21,279 bases of DNA from Octopus sinensis (taxonomy: Eukaryota), in the NCBI RefSeq assembly GCF_006345805.1, contig NW_021823769.1, forward strand, positions 1-21,279. Direction: 5' to 3'. Under the pieces are notes generated by a model. The model was not told the DNA's origin. It searched no databases and was given only the letters and a program-made list of their open reading frames with translations. Below are positions 17,900 to 21,279 of this stretch, one piece after another. Both the position numbers and the translations under genes were made by a program. Numbering within the stretch: the first letter of the stretch is position 1; every line of letters begins with the position of its first letter.

Positions 17900-18924
17900 A
17901 AGTGCTGCATAATGGTACTGTAGTGGTTATATATATTCATTACAAGGTGCTAATGTGGCTGCGTGTATGTTATTACAAGAGTTCATAAAGAGACGAAGAA
18001 TAAATTCAAGACTTATATATTTACTACATAAAAATATATTTTATTCATTGGTTAAGGATGAAGCATAATCAACATGTAGAATCTAGTTGAATGAAGTAAT
18101 CTATGCAAGAAAGTTCATAGATAGGAAATATAGAAATAACGGCTAAGTGGTAGTTTTCAATCATGTGGCGTAGAGAAATAGATGGACATAGCAATGACGT
18201 GAATAGCTCTAAGTCTAAGTCTAATTGATTAAGAAGCGAAGAGCAGGGTTAGTAAGCTGTTTATATTAATGGAACACTAGACATTCTAGAAACTTCCAAG
18301 AGAAACGCTAAGCTTCTTGAATAATTAAAAATCATGTCTCATGACACAGATGCTTCGAGAAAGTGAAAGGAGGTTACTCTATAATCTTTATTGCAAGGGA
18401 GATCATTCAACTATTTAGCCACTACAGGACTGAAGCCAAAACCGCGTAGTTTCAAAGTCAGCATCTTAACCACACAACAATATCTATCTGTATATAGAAT
18501 TTCGTCATTATAGAGTCCGTAAAATAAGTACCATTTGATAATTCCCTTCGACTGTACTCTAACTCCTAATAAGATAATAAAAATGAAATGAAACAATTAT
18601 ATATTTAGGCAGTATTTAAACCGCAAAATAGGACAGAGACTTGATTTTCAACATCAAAGGGAAAATGAGTGAAAAAATAATGGCATAAAAGAATCCATCC
18701 ACACCGAAATTACAAAAGTGGTTTGTAAATAGGTGGAGTCGACGAATATTAATGGAAGAAGTTAAATATTTATAGGCGGAACAACGAACTAGATAAAGAG
18801 ATTAGATTAATTGTCACATGTATGATGTCTTGAAATATATTTTCTACAAATATTACTGGCTATTTATACTTTCTCTAGGACTGTGAATACATCATGAAAC
18901 GATTATACAAATACTCTAGGGAAC

Positions 18925-18975
<51 letters not shown>

Positions 18976-19104
18976 TTATGTATACACGCACATATATAAA
19001 TGTATACATATATATTGTATTCACGTAAGTATAAATGTGTGAATATAGGTATGGTAATGCAAACAGGAAAAAAAGAACAAAAAATATGAGCATAGGGATA
19101 TTAA

Positions 19105-19214
19105 TTTTGCAGAAACAATAGAATTACTCAAAGAACTGGTTTCGTGCGTTAGCACTGACAAGTACTAAAGCACGAAACTCGCGGACCTTGAGTCATACTG
19201 TTGCTTCTGCAAAA
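19105..19214. repeat. 110-bp foldback hairpin derived from a hammerhead motif
   Basis: Arms 19105-19133 and 19186-19214 match at 24/29, with an inner GTTTCGTGC/GCACGAAAC stem. The + strand reads CUGACAA GUAC-UAAA-GCAC GAAA CUC...GAG UC^. Confidence 0.7.
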
Positions 19215-19224
19215 TATTAATATA

Positions 19225-19264
<40 letters not shown>

Positions 19265-19345
19265 TATAGATAGATAGATAAGCATGTATACGAATACATA
19301 TATATAATATATATATGTGCATATGTATATATATATTATATATAT

Positions 19346-19389
<44 letters not shown>

Positions 19390-19779
19390 TATATATATAC
19401 ATATATAGGTGAGAGAGTTGTATGTGAAAGCACGTGGTTGGATGTATTTAAAAGACAAAATAGAGTGAAAAAACTACAGAAGGCTTGTATTATATGGTTA
19501 AAGAATATATCTAAATCGTTTTGTTAGAAAAATGTCGTATTTTCGCTATGTTGTGAAATATGGAGTTCCAGGCAGAGAAAGGTAATCAGGGATTTTTTCC
19601 GGTATAAGGGAGATAATCAAACATGTTGGGAATGACTAATTCCCAACATGATTTGGTTTAGATGGAATAGAATGTTACAAGTGGTTAGGTTTTGCTTTAT
19701 ATATTTTTCAATGGGGCGAGTTTCCTTATTTAAAAATGTTAGAAATGGTTAAGTTTTGGCTTATCTTTTTCAACATATG

Positions 19780-19811
<32 letters not shown>

Positions 19812-19913
19812 CATGCATACATGCATACATATATACATATATACATGCATACATACATACACATATACATATATATATGCATACATGCATACATATATAT
19901 ACATATATATATG

Positions 19914-19947
<34 letters not shown>

Positions 19948-19950
19948 TGT
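19215..19950. repeat. (TA)n and (CATA)n blocks with a unique spacer
   Basis: Direct reading. Confidence 0.85.
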
Positions 19951-20406
19951 ATTGGCTTATGATTTTCACTGTTTGATTTGCCTAATAGTGGTTTGATCTC
20001 TAATTTAATATAACATATATATATTTATACTATAAAATTAGATTTAATCCTAAATCTAATTTTTCCCTGTAAGTTTGGATTTACTCCCTAATATTATTAT
20101 TATTAATTTATATATATAAATATATGCATACACACTACTCGCGCGCATGCACAGAGACACACACACACATATATAAACACTTATGATATGCAATTTAGTA
20201 GCTCCAGCTCGCTGAGGGTGTTGGCTTTGTTGTGTAGATTGGTTGTTTATTTATCAGGGAATGGCCAAGTGATGCAGACATCTCTAATAGCACTCCAGCA
20301 ATCATCTAATATCGATGAAAACTGTGTTAAAACAGCTCATCATTGCTTTTTTCAATCTATAGAACAACAGTTATATTATCCATGTTTCTACTTTTATTAT
20401 ACAGGG

Positions 20407-20409
<3 letters not shown>

Positions 20410-20472
<63 letters not shown>

Positions 20473-20843
20473 GACAGAGACAAACACACGCATGTACACA
20501 TAATTCACACATAAATATACATGATATTTTGGTTGAGTTTCATCCGTGCATTTAAATTTATGATTGCATGGTTTACATGGACATCATCCATATGTCGGTA
20601 TGTGTGTGTAAGGCGGAGAGCTGGCAGAAACGTTAGCACGTCGGGCGAAATGCTTAGCGGTATTTCGTCTGCCGTTACATTCTGAGTTCAAATTCCGCCG
20701 AGGTCGACTTTACCTTTCATCCTTTCGGGGTCGATAAATTAAGTACCAGTTACGCACTGGGGTCGATGTAATCGACTTAATACCTATGTCTGTCCCTGTT
20801 TGTCCCCTCTACGTTTAGCCCCTTGTGGGTAATAAAAAAATAG

Positions 20844-20883
<40 letters not shown>

Positions 20884-21279
20884 CTGTATTGTTGCGAACG
20901 TGTGAGTGTGCGCATGTGTAAGTTCATTTCGTAGAATGAAACGGATATCGTAAAGAAACATTTCTGTATTTCTAATCTCCATTTTTTTGTAAGCACAACA
21001 ATACGTATATGCACGTTTGTATGCTTATTTCTAGAAGTGTAAACATAAAAAGCTGCAATCAGAACTTATATGGTTACGCACTCATACACACATACATGCG
21101 TGTGCGTGTGTGTGCGTGCGCGTGAATGTGTGTATGTCCGCGTGTTGGTGTGTGAGATTCGATTTTGATATATTATATATTTCCCATTGATAATTATATT
21201 CACACATACGCACAGTCACTCAGATACCTTTCCATAGACGCATGCACACACACACACACACACACACACGCACGCATGT
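20410..21279. repeat. Scattered (CA)n/(TG)n microsatellites
   Basis: Direct reading at 20410-20475, 20847-20879, 21100-21135 and 21245-21275. Confidence 0.85.
20610..20842 (+). mobile_element. SINE family 2, full length
   Basis: A-box-like TGGCAGAAACGTTAG, B-box GAGTTCAAATTCC, the same body as 16391-16604, and an A-rich end. Confidence 0.88.

Noticed and set aside
20310-20345. GATGA..CTGT/ACAG..TCATC hairpin with an ATGATGA core-like string on the minus strand
   Set aside because: TTTC stands where GAAA is required and C3 is missing; it is only a short palindrome.
20610-20700. tRNA-like A and B boxes as real tRNA genes (also 1541-1610 and 16790-16866)
   Set aside because: No complete cloverleaf; each continues into a multicopy SINE body.

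Overview
This is AT-rich, microsatellite-saturated eukaryotic intergenic or intronic DNA. Its SINE families and repeat landscape point to a coleoid cephalopod, probably Octopus (my inference, not a database result). I found no intact protein-coding gene; most ORFs in the track are microsatellite translations. The window holds: (i) three head-to-tail clusters of decayed R4/Dong-like non-LTR retrotransposons with a restriction-like endonuclease (RLE), all on the + strand and mostly joined by (TAA)n tracts; (ii) three tRNA-derived SINE families plus RTE-derived fragments; (iii) two classical MITEs (Tc1/mariner-like and Merlin-like) and several foldback hairpins. The main find is five small non-coding elements with hammerhead ribozyme (HHR) motifs. 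Three have a complete type I fold (9682-9749 +, 12205-12281 +, 6576-6640 -). One is a decayed HHR folded back on itself (19105-19214), and one is a Penelope-type minimal motif (6937-6972 -). Two of the complete HHRs sit at the tips of long self-complementary rods, one closed by 39-bp terminal inverted repeats (TIRs). All folds were paired by eye and need computational and biochemical confirmation.
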